DNA of 44,119 bases from a virus (lineage: Duplodnaviria > Caudoviricetes). The position numbers and the translations under genes were made by a program. The stretch is taken from IMG/VR virus record IMGVR_UViG_3300021961_006887, positions 1 through 44,119 of that record; one strand, given 5' to 3'. Under the pieces are notes generated by a model, which did no database searches, was not told where the DNA came from, and saw nothing but the letters and a program-made list of their open reading frames with translations. Positions 26,465 through 34,435 of this stretch are shown one piece after another; within the stretch, counting starts at the first letter, position 1; each line of letters begins with the position of its first letter.

Positions 26465-26468
26465 TCTT

Positions 26469-27224
26469 ATGCCAGTACGAAAGAAGACACAGCACAAAGC
26501 ACCAGGACAAGGTATGAGTGCGAAGCAACGTAAGCGTCGCAAGCCTATTGATGAGGCATACATGATCCCCATCGAACCTCTCACCCACAATCAACAAATT
26601 TTCTTTGATGAGTGGGATAAAGGTCAGATGATTTATGCCTATGGTGTAGCAGGAACAGGTAAGACGTTCGTTGCTCTCTATAAAGCACTCAAGGATGTAT
26701 TGAATGAATACACACCTTACGAGAAGATCTATATTGTTCGCTCCTTGGTTGCTACTAGGGAGATTGGTTTCCTTCCTGGAGACCATGAAGATAAGTCTTC
26801 TCTCTATCAGATCCCATACAAGAACATGGTTCAGTCCATGTTTGAAATGCCTGATGACAACAGCTTCGAAATGCTGTATGATAACCTGAAGGCACAAGAA
26901 ACCATCTCGTTCTGGAGTACCAGTTTCATTCGTGGCACCACTCTCGATAATTCTATTGTTATCGTAGATGAATGTCAGAACCTGAACTTCCACGAACTTG
27001 ATAGTATCATCACTCGTGTCGGACAAGATACCAAGATCATTTTCTGCGGTGATGCTAATCAATCTGACTTGCAGAAAACAAATGAGCGTACAGGAATCTT
27101 AGACTTCCAACGCATTCTACAGAACATGGATGAGTTTAGTCTTATCGAATATGGTATCGAAGATATCGTTCGTTCTGGTCTTGTCAAGTCTTACATTATC
27201 AACAAAATCAATCTTGGTCTATGA
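26469..27224 (+). CDS. phoH: PhoH family ATPase
   Basis: Walker A GVAGTGKT; REIGFLPG, FIRGTTLD, VDECQN and GDANQSD motifs. Confidence 0.96.
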   Translation: MPVRKKTQHKAPGQGMSAKQRKRRKPIDEAYMIPIEPLTHNQQIFFDEWDKGQMIYAYGVAGTGKTFVALYKALKDVLNEYTPYEKIYIVRSLVATREIGFLPGDHEDKSSLYQIPYKNMVQSMFEMPDDNSFEMLYDNLKAQETISFWSTSFIRGTTLDNSIVIVDECQNLNFHELDSIITRVGQDTKIIFCGDANQSDLQKTNERTGILDFQRILQNMDEFSLIEYGIEDIVRSGLVKSYIINKINLGL

Positions 27225-27916
27225 AGTTGTTTAATCATGTGGGACTAGATCCTATCGAAATGTCTGCTGAAATGGTGGATGGCAAACGTGTTTACCTCAC
27301 ACCTACTGGAGATAAATTTCCATCTGTCACCACTGTGATTAGCAACAATAAAGAAAAGATGGCGGGCATTGCTCGCTGGAGAGAAAGAGTTGGGGTGGAG
27401 AAAGCAAATGCAATCTCCACTCGCTCTACAAATAGAGGAACAAAGTATCACTCTATCGTAGAAGACTACTTCAATAACAATCTTGATCTCAAAAAGTATA
27501 GTAAGTTCCCGCTTCCTGTCTTGATGTTCCAGCATTCTAGGGATGTTTTGGACCGCATAAATAACATATACTTACAGGAAGCGGCGCTCTATTCCAAACA
27601 TTTGGAGTTAGCAGGACGTGTTGATTGTATCGCTGAGTTTGATGGCGTCTTATCTATCATTGACTTTAAGACAGCTGCCGAACCAAAGCGTGAAAAGTAT
27701 CTCTATGATTATTTCGTTCAGGAAACTGCATACGCATGTATGCTTCAAGAACTTTACGGTCTGTCAGTAAAGCAGCTCGTAACAATCGTTGCTTGTGAAA
27801 ACGGAGAAACTCAGGTCAAGGTGCTTCCACCTAAGAAAGAATATTTCATCAAACTGATGAGTTACATCGAAGAGTATCAAGAACGATATGGAGAAAAAAC
27901 AATTATTAGAGGATAG
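27221..27916 (+). CDS. PD-(D/E)XK exonuclease (Cas4/RecB-like)
   Basis: PSVTTV, RGTKYH, AGRVDC, IIDFKT and YFVQETAY motifs. Confidence 0.9.
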   Translation: MKLFNHVGLDPIEMSAEMVDGKRVYLTPTGDKFPSVTTVISNNKEKMAGIARWRERVGVEKANAISTRSTNRGTKYHSIVEDYFNNNLDLKKYSKFPLPVLMFQHSRDVLDRINNIYLQEAALYSKHLELAGRVDCIAEFDGVLSIIDFKTAAEPKREKYLYDYFVQETAYACMLQELYGLSVKQLVTIVACENGETQVKVLPPKKEYFIKLMSYIEEYQERYGEKTIIRG

Positions 27917-28142
27917 ATTTATGACCGCTGCGAAATTCTCGCAGGAAGTGGAAAAGATTGCACTACACAATCCAGATATGAATTATATTGATTCGGTTAT
28001 CCACTACTGCGAACTGAATGAAATTGAAATAGATAGTGTAGGTAAGTTGATTAGCAAACCTCTAAAGGAAAAACTCCGTCATGAGGCACAGCAATTGAAC
28101 TTCATGAAGAAAACCAGTCGTGCCAAGTTGATGCTAGTATGA
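27888..28142 (+). CDS. gp33: Late transcription coactivator gp33
   Basis: YIDSVIHYCE...KLISKPLKEKL...LNF. Confidence 0.88.
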   Translation: MEKKQLLEDRFMTAAKFSQEVEKIALHNPDMNYIDSVIHYCELNEIEIDSVGKLISKPLKEKLRHEAQQLNFMKKTSRAKLMLV

Positions 28143-28480
28143 GCTTCTTTCAATCTGAATTAGTCCGTGGTGACATCCAAGAGATGATGACACTACAGCA
28201 GTTCTGTTTTAGATCTGCTATGAATTTTGTTCTTCTTGATGACGAGAGGAAGTTAGAATACTTTGAGAAACTTGAGGAACTAATTGACAAACAAAAAACT
28301 TTTTACTTCCGTATTAAATTAAGTGACGATCCTGAGGCTGTCTCTGTACTAGAGACCATGAAGCAGGGTATCATTATGTTAGGTGCCACTCCTGGCACCA
28401 CCGTTGAACAGATGTTTGACGAACTGCTGGAGAAGGTCCGAGTCATGAAGGACAGACTCCAAAGTGGCACAGAGGATTGA
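28139..28480 (+). CDS. DUF1825-like conserved cyanobacterial/cyanophage protein
   Basis: MSFFQSELVR...KQKTFYFRIKLSDDPEA. Confidence 0.8.
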   Translation: MSFFQSELVRGDIQEMMTLQQFCFRSAMNFVLLDDERKLEYFEKLEELIDKQKTFYFRIKLSDDPEAVSVLETMKQGIIMLGATPGTTVEQMFDELLEKVRVMKDRLQSGTED

Positions 28481-28505
28481 CGCCCGACTCTGTGCCTGTT
28501 ATAAT
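28477..28505 (+). promoter_or_regulatory. Sigma70-type promoter for gp32
   Basis: TTGACG, 17 bp spacer, TATAAT with TG extension; upstream GTGGCACA motif. Confidence 0.85.
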
Positions 28506-28560
28506 GACTGAGTGATAGGGCATCACACAAACCAAATCCAAACTAATCCGAGAAAATCCT

Positions 28561-29469
28561 ATGTCTTTTGCTGATCTTAAGCGTAAATCCCAGAACAACT
28601 TCTCTTTCCTTCAGAAAGAACTTGAGAAGTCATCCAGCGGTAAGAACGTTGATGAACGCTTCTGGAAGCCCGAGGTTGACGCTGCTGGTAACGGTTATGC
28701 CGTGATCCGTTTTCTGCCCGCTCCTGAAGGGGAGACGGTGCCCTGGGCAAAAGTGTATTCCCATGCCTTCCAAGGTCCTGGTGGGTGGTACATTGAAAAC
28801 TCTCTCACCACTCTGAACGAGAAGGATCCCGTTGGTGAGATCAACCGCCGCCTGTGGAACAGCGGTAGTGATGAAGATAAAGAGACTGCTCGTAAGCAGA
28901 AGCGCAAGCTCCAGTATTACAGCAACATCTATGTCGTGAAGGATCCTAAGAACCCTGAGAACGAGGGTCGTGTGTTCCTCTACAAGTATGGCAAGAAGAT
29001 CCATGATAAGATCCTTGCTGCTATGCAACCTGAGTTTCAAGATGAAGACCCCGTGAATGTCTTTGATCTTTGGGAAGGTGCTAACTTCAAACTGAAGATC
29101 AAGAAGGTTGCAGGTTACTGGAACTATGATTCTAGTGAGTTTGATTCTGTCTCTGCTCTGAGTGCAGATGATGATGAACTGGAAGCAACCTGGAAGAAAG
29201 AATACTCTCTTGAGGCATTCACTTCCAAGGATCAGTTCAAGACCTATGAAGAACTGGAAGCACGTTTGAATCTCGTGCTGGGTGTTACTTCCCGTCCTGC
29301 TCGTCAGTTTGTTGATGAAGATGAGGAAGAGTTTGAGCCTGTCTCTACTCCCGAACCTTCTTCATTCCGTTCGCGTGTGACTGCTGCTCCTTCTCCTGTG
29401 AAGGAAGAGGCAGTTGTTGATGATGACGATGCTCTGTCTTACTTCGCTCGTCTCGCAGAAGAAGATTGA
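28561..29469 (+). CDS. gp32: Single-stranded DNA-binding protein gp32
   Basis: DERFWK, GNGYAVIRFLP and GANFKLKI motifs; acidic C-terminal tail. Confidence 0.96.
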   Translation: MSFADLKRKSQNNFSFLQKELEKSSSGKNVDERFWKPEVDAAGNGYAVIRFLPAPEGETVPWAKVYSHAFQGPGGWYIENSLTTLNEKDPVGEINRRLWNSGSDEDKETARKQKRKLQYYSNIYVVKDPKNPENEGRVFLYKYGKKIHDKILAAMQPEFQDEDPVNVFDLWEGANFKLKIKKVAGYWNYDSSEFDSVSALSADDDELEATWKKEYSLEAFTSKDQFKTYEELEARLNLVLGVTSRPARQFVDEDEEEFEPVSTPEPSSFRSRVTAAPSPVKEEAVVDDDDALSYFARLAEED

Positions 29470-29609
29470 TGCTTCGTAAGATCTTCACCCATCCAGTAAC
29501 ACATTTCAATCTGTTGGTGGTTGGGTTTCTTATTCTAGTTCAGATAGTTCATACCGATGCCCATTATAAAATGGAAGCACATGGTATGGGTGGAAGCAAA
29601 ATCGAATAG
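29469..29609 (+). CDS. Small His-rich membrane protein, 46 aa (MLRKIFTHPVTHFNLLVVGFLILVQIVHTDAHYKME...)
   Basis: TGATG coupling to gp32; one TM helix; not in the ORF track. Confidence 0.55.
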   Translation: MLRKIFTHPVTHFNLLVVGFLILVQIVHTDAHYKMEAHGMGGSKIE

Positions 29610-29617
29610 TGAATTCT

Positions 29618-29651
29618 ATTGGCGGGGAAAAAATTTTCCGCCAATTTTTTT
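29618..29651. terminator. Hairpin terminator between convergent transcription units
   Basis: ATTGGCGG...CCGCCAAT followed by a T tract. Confidence 0.7.
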
Positions 29652-29665
29652 GTCAAAAAGTCGCG

Positions 29666-30301
29666 TCAGATTCTTGCTCTCTTCAGTCTAGAAGAAACAT
29701 AATCATCACTCTTCTTATATCTGTTTTGTTTTCTGAAGTCATCAACAAACGATTGGAAGTATTCATATTTTAGAATGAATACTTCTCTTTTCTTTTCATT
29801 TTCAGCAGTGAAGTGTTCCATTACTGTTACTGGTTTGGAAATTTGATTTCCATTTTTAATAACATATGCTCCGTTTGAGAGAAGGAATTTGTGCTGACTG
29901 TTGTAGAACGATTGATCTACATGAAGACCTTCTTGATATTGTCCGTATTCATATGTCTCATAGTGGTGGATTGTTCCATATGGATCAGAATACTCTGATT
30001 CCACTAGTTTAACTAGTTCATTGTTTGTAAGAGGCCAGTCAAACTGTGCGTTAATAATATTGTTTGATAGTAAAACAACCCAATCATACATTGGATCACC
30101 ATAAAACTTTTGAGCTACATGCTCTGGTCTTTCTGTTTCCTGTATGGAATATAAGTTAAAGAATACAGCACTCTCAAATATGTTTGGATTTAATTGGAAT
30201 CTTCTGAAGAAGTTCTTGGCAACTGTAATATCAGATTCTGTGAATGGATATCCAATGGGTTTGATTGGATATTCTATGTTAGGTACGAGAGAAAAGTACA
30301 T
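29666..30301 (-). CDS. gp53: Baseplate wedge subunit gp53
   Basis: KNFFRR, ERPEHVAQKFYGDPMYDWVVLLSNNI and IHHYET motifs. Confidence 0.9.
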   Translation of the reverse strand: MYFSLVPNIEYPIKPIGYPFTESDITVAKNFFRRFQLNPNIFESAVFFNLYSIQETERPEHVAQKFYGDPMYDWVVLLSNNIINAQFDWPLTNNELVKLVESEYSDPYGTIHHYETYEYGQYQEGLHVDQSFYNSQHKFLLSNGAYVIKNGNQISKPVTVMEHFTAENEKKREVFILKYEYFQSFVDDFRKQNRYKKSDDYVSSRLKRARI

Positions 30302-31626
30302 TAGTGACCTCCATGCAACAACTTATTGTTGCCGAACTTGAGAGTAGCAGCATCCACTTCGCCAATATCTTCTCTGTATACGAGTTTGAGTTCCTTAAAT
30401 TGCAATCTAAGTTCTGTTGATACTGGATAACCATCTCTAGTAACAGCATACCCATTATCAGATGTGTAATTTACATCAACACCAACCAAAGCACATGTCT
30501 TATATTGTGGTAAGAATGGATGCAATCCGCCACCTTTCATGAAAGCAAACTTACACACACTTGGAACACTAATAAAACCAACTTTGTCTTTAGCTTCTTT
30601 TCCAAGCGCACCAACTACACCTGGAGTTTTTCCTCCTTGTTCTCTTCCTGGTACTCCAAATGATGGATGCAAACACTTCTTGAATGTTCTTACAATTTCA
30701 TAAATTATTTCTGCTTCATTTTTATTATTTGGAACTAGTTTAAATGTGAAATCTATTCCTCTCATTTGGGGAGAATCGTATAGAAGTTCTGTGTTTGGGT
30801 TGGTTACTACACCAGCAGCAGAAGCAAACAGATCATTTCTGCTTAAAGATTCTCCAGTTACTTTGGCAATCTCATTCCTGATGAAATCAGCACCTTTAAT
30901 CTCTGGCATTCTTCCCACTGCGTTCATTAGGTTTTCGAATTGACCTGCCGCAGCTTGTCCGATATTTCCTCTTCTCAGTGCCATGCCACCTCTAATCTTG
31001 GCAACAGCAGTGTTACTAAATGATTTATCATTCCAACTCGCACCATATGTTGAGCTAACATCTGGTGGCATGTATAGGACAACTTGACTTAGTTGTGTAT
31101 CAATTGATAGATTGGTTGTAGAAAGATTGTATTCTTCTAGAGTTCCATATTCTCCAGATCCTTGCTGTGCGAAGTTTCTTTGAAAATTAAAAGTTCCTAC
31201 TCCACCTCTTCCAAATGGTGCCTCATATCTATAGAACTGAAATAGCATGTAATCAGTTTCTGTGTCCTTTATATCCGCTGGATATCTTAAGGAGAATTTA
31301 TGTGCGTTGTTTCTTAGATCTGTTTTTGTTGGTGCTTTTGTCTGAACTTTAAATTGAATTTGATCTGGACCAGCAAGATTATCTTTTGCTTCACGTAATT
31401 TTTCTAAAAGATCTGCAGCAATATCCAATCCAAAAGTTCCCAGAAAATTTCCTGGGGGAGTTTCTAAAATTTTATCAATACCAATAGCTTCTATGGGACC
31501 CCATAATGCTTGCGGAGCTATTTGTTTCCACCAGGCATCTACTGATGGTGGCTGAGTTGATTTTGTTTCAGTGCTGGTTTTATTTTCACTAGCTACTTGC
31601 TGTGCTACTGGTTGTGGATCAGCCAT
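30301..31626 (-). CDS. gp48: Baseplate tail tube cap gp48
   Basis: LRYP, LYMP, NPNTELLY..PQMR.F.FKLVP and LQFKE motifs. Confidence 0.85.
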   Translation of the reverse strand: MADPQPVAQQVASENKTSTETKSTQPPSVDAWWKQIAPQALWGPIEAIGIDKILETPPGNFLGTFGLDIAADLLEKLREAKDNLAGPDQIQFKVQTKAPTKTDLRNNAHKFSLRYPADIKDTETDYMLFQFYRYEAPFGRGGVGTFNFQRNFAQQGSGEYGTLEEYNLSTTNLSIDTQLSQVVLYMPPDVSSTYGASWNDKSFSNTAVAKIRGGMALRRGNIGQAAAGQFENLMNAVGRMPEIKGADFIRNEIAKVTGESLSRNDLFASAAGVVTNPNTELLYDSPQMRGIDFTFKLVPNNKNEAEIIYEIVRTFKKCLHPSFGVPGREQGGKTPGVVGALGKEAKDKVGFISVPSVCKFAFMKGGGLHPFLPQYKTCALVGVDVNYTSDNGYAVTRDGYPVSTELRLQFKELKLVYREDIGEVDAATLKFGNNKLLHGGH

Positions 31627-32237
31627 TACTTCTTCTGTCCTTTGATTTTGTCATAGAATGTATTGTTGGTTTCTTCCCAGACAATTTGCTTGTCAATTGG
31701 AAATGACAGTCCATTGATATTCTTCACAAATTCCTCAGTTGGCAACAGAATAGCAGTGTCCCATTCAGCTACAGCGAGATCAATATATAGTCCTTTTTCA
31801 ACATGATCGTGTATGTATTTATGGAAACATGCCTTAGGAGCATCAATTATTCCACTGGATAATTTTTTCACAACACCAAATCTTCTTTTGGGTGACATGT
31901 AGTGTAGATTGATCCCCCAAAATTCATCTTTGGTTGATTTTAAGACATAAACCAAAGGAAACTTATCATAATAAGGTAACCATCTCATCTTTGCTTTGTA
32001 TTCAAACATGTAAAGATGACCTTCTGCTGTAGAACTTCGTATTTCGTTCTCTTCTTGCTTTTTTCCTATAGTATATTTTGTATTTGGTTTGTAGTTACCA
32101 GTGATCTCTTTTACTACTCCTCTATACCAGGAAAATGGTTTTCCTTCTCCTGCTGACTTTTTCTTGACTACATCTAGAATAGTTTCGTAGTCTGTTTTAG
32201 TCTCTGTTTTTGTTTTTGATGCGAATCCTGATGCCAT
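31626..32237 (-). CDS. gp2: DNA end protector protein gp2
   Basis: MFEYKAK..LPYYDKFPLV and GINLHY motifs. Confidence 0.88.
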   Translation of the reverse strand: MASGFASKTKTETKTDYETILDVVKKKSAGEGKPFSWYRGVVKEITGNYKPNTKYTIGKKQEENEIRSSTAEGHLYMFEYKAKMRWLPYYDKFPLVYVLKSTKDEFWGINLHYMSPKRRFGVVKKLSSGIIDAPKACFHKYIHDHVEKGLYIDLAVAEWDTAILLPTEEFVKNINGLSFPIDKQIVWEETNNTFYDKIKGQKK

Positions 32238-32239
32238 TG

Positions 32240-32671
32240 TTATACTCCTAAATGGTCTTCGGTGAGTATCAAGAAGTTCATCTGCCTGTCTTCACAATAC
32301 TCACGCGCAGCGGACCATTTAGATTGGTTCTTTGCAAATGTTAAAGCCGCATTACGATAGGCAGCAGTTTTTTTGTTTTTGTCATTCGGGGGTTGTGTTT
32401 GTTTTTTGGGTTTGATTTCAATAATATACTTGGTGAGCTTTCCAGTCTTCTCGCGCACCTTGATATAAAAGTCTGGAAAATATCGCCTCACCTTACCATC
32501 GGGAGCACGGTAAGGAATGATTACCTCTTCGCTCCCCCATTCTACTATTGAAGGGTTGTTATCACAGAACACCATGAACTTTCGTTCCCATAGCGATCTA
32601 TAGATAACACGAGTTGGGTTTCCGCGATACTTTCCAGGATTTACAGGTTTGTAAATTCCAGAGTATGCCAT
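32240..32671 (-). CDS. gp4: Head completion nuclease gp4
   Basis: KYRGNP...YRSLWE, WGSEE, RYFPDF and IEIKP motifs; start reassigned to MAYSG. Confidence 0.92.
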   Translation of the reverse strand: MAYSGIYKPVNPGKYRGNPTRVIYRSLWERKFMVFCDNNPSIVEWGSEEVIIPYRAPDGKVRRYFPDFYIKVREKTGKLTKYIIEIKPKKQTQPPNDKNKKTAAYRNAALTFAKNQSKWSAAREYCEDRQMNFLILTEDHLGV

Positions 32672-32702
32672 AAATATAGTTGGACCAACATAGGTATTTA
32701 GT
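32669..32702. promoter_or_regulatory. Face-to-face late promoters for the divergent gp4 and tube-initiator genes
   Basis: CATAAATA (+, 32669-76) and ACTAAATA (-, 32695-32702). Confidence 0.7.
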
Positions 32703-33452
32703 GTGTCTATAGACAACTTCCTAAAGAAAATAAACGATCATGGTGGTTTTGCAACAAGCAACAACTATGACATTCAGTTTAATTTAACAACTCAGGTGGC
32801 AGCAGCAGTAAAACCATTTTATGATGCTGAGGTAGTTAAACTTCTTTGTGATGAGGCACAATTGCCAAACGTTGGAGCTGTAACTGGAAGTATCGCTGGA
32901 AGATACTTGGGGGAGGGTCAGGTAAATTATGCCACCATGAGGCAGTATTCAACATTCCAACTTGGATGGACGTTGACAGCAGATCTAATGCCTCTAAAGT
33001 TCATTCAAACATGGAATGATTTTATTTTTGGTGAGAATCATACTGGATCTTTTGCTGGTACTAGTCCAGAAAGTCTGAGAAGCACCAAAACAAGATTGCA
33101 AAAAAATAGATCAACACGCTTAGCATATCCAGACGAATATCGTTGTGAGATTAGGATTACTAAGGCAGAAATCGGTCCAGAAAAAACTCAAGAGAGAGCA
33201 CCCATTACATATATCATGGAAAATGCTTGGCCTTCTGAAATCGATGCAGTTCCACTTTCTTATGGTTCAACGCAACTTGTTAAATTTACAGCACAGTTCC
33301 AGTATCAAAGACATCATGTTATAATGAATGACACTAACTCACAGCAATTTAAGAGAGTAAAAACTCTTTATAGCAATGGTAAATATGTTGGAATAAATGC
33401 CCCACGGAATGGCGGAAGTATCCTTGCTCCTGGACCAGGGGGCGATTTTTGA
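32703..33452 (+). CDS. Tail tube initiator / gp19-gp54-like tube-fold protein
   Basis: LCDEAQLP, LAYPDEY and ENAWPSEIDAVPLSYG motifs; GTG start. Confidence 0.75.
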   Translation: MSIDNFLKKINDHGGFATSNNYDIQFNLTTQVAAAVKPFYDAEVVKLLCDEAQLPNVGAVTGSIAGRYLGEGQVNYATMRQYSTFQLGWTLTADLMPLKFIQTWNDFIFGENHTGSFAGTSPESLRSTKTRLQKNRSTRLAYPDEYRCEIRITKAEIGPEKTQERAPITYIMENAWPSEIDAVPLSYGSTQLVKFTAQFQYQRHHVIMNDTNSQQFKRVKTLYSNGKYVGINAPRNGGSILAPGPGGDF

Positions 33453-33548
33453 AAATTTACTTTTCAATTCCATAAAAGTGGGAAAATTTTTTCCGCCAAA
33501 AAATCGTTAAAAAAGTTGCACTAAATATTATTACTGAATTAGAACATC

Positions 33549-34262
33549 ATGGCATTACCGAAGATTGGTTATCCTACTTATCCTATAACTGTTCCATCAA
33601 CTGGCAAATCCATCAAAATTAGACCTTTTACGGTAAAGGAAGAAAAGGTACTTTTATTGGCTTCAGATGATGGTGACGAAGCAGCGATCAAAACAGCAGT
33701 TAGTGATTTGATCGAGAATTGCATCGTAAGCAAAGGTGTCAAAGTTACCGATTTAACTAACTTTGATCTTGAATACATCTATCTCAAAATTCGCTCAGTT
33801 TCGGTTGGAAGTCAAGTAGAATTTGTTATCACATGTAAAGATGATAATGAGACACAAGTTCCATATACTGTCGATTTGGGTGATGTTGAAGTAACATTCC
33901 CAGAGGGTCATGAGAAGAATATCATGATCGATGATGAAACTGGTATTGTGATGAAATATCCAGGTTTTGATACTTTTGTCGATATTCAGTTTTTGAATAA
34001 GGGGTCTGATGAAGAAGTTTTAGATATTATCTCAGATTCCATCGATCAGCTCTTTCAGGGAGAGGATGTGTATGACAAATCAACAACATCAAAGAAAGAA
34101 TTGAAAGATTTTATTGAATCTTTGACTAAAGAGCAATTTAAGAAAATTTATAAGTTCTTTGAAACCGTTCCAAGACTATCTTACGAGTTTGAAGTAAAAA
34201 ATCCAAAAACTGGGGTCGTCAGTCAGTATATTATTGAGGGACTTTCTAATTTTTTCGGATGA
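33549..34262 (+). CDS. gp26: Baseplate hub assembly protein gp26
   Basis: MALPK, RPFTVKEEK, FDLEYIYLKIRSVSVG and IEGLSNFF motifs. Confidence 0.92.
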   Translation: MALPKIGYPTYPITVPSTGKSIKIRPFTVKEEKVLLLASDDGDEAAIKTAVSDLIENCIVSKGVKVTDLTNFDLEYIYLKIRSVSVGSQVEFVITCKDDNETQVPYTVDLGDVEVTFPEGHEKNIMIDDETGIVMKYPGFDTFVDIQFLNKGSDEEVLDIISDSIDQLFQGEDVYDKSTTSKKELKDFIESLTKEQFKKIYKFFETVPRLSYEFEVKNPKTGVVSQYIIEGLSNFFG

Positions 34263-34435
34263 GTCTCTTCCATATGAATTTGGAAGGGTACTATAAAACT
34301 AACTTTGCTTTGATGCAGTACCATAAATATAGTTTGACGGAAATTGAGAATTTAATGCCGTGGGAACGTGATGTTTATACGGCATTACTCCAGCAATATC
34401 TTGAAGAACTCAAAAAGACCCAAGAGAGCAGGTAA
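34259..34435 (+). CDS. gp51: Baseplate hub assembly catalyst gp51 (short cyanophage form, 58 aa)
   Basis: YYKTNFALMQYHKYSLTEIENLMPWERDVY; missed by the ORF track. Confidence 0.9.
   Translation: MSLFHMNLEGYYKTNFALMQYHKYSLTEIENLMPWERDVYTALLQQYLEELKKTQESR

Noticed and set aside
26400-26468. Pho box upstream of phoH
   Set aside because: No convincing direct repeat; phoH appears to be co-transcribed with the upstream genes.
27221-27916. Cas4-like nuclease as evidence of a CRISPR system
   Set aside because: No repeat-spacer array or other cas genes; this nuclease is a standard neighbour of phoH in T4-like cyanophages.
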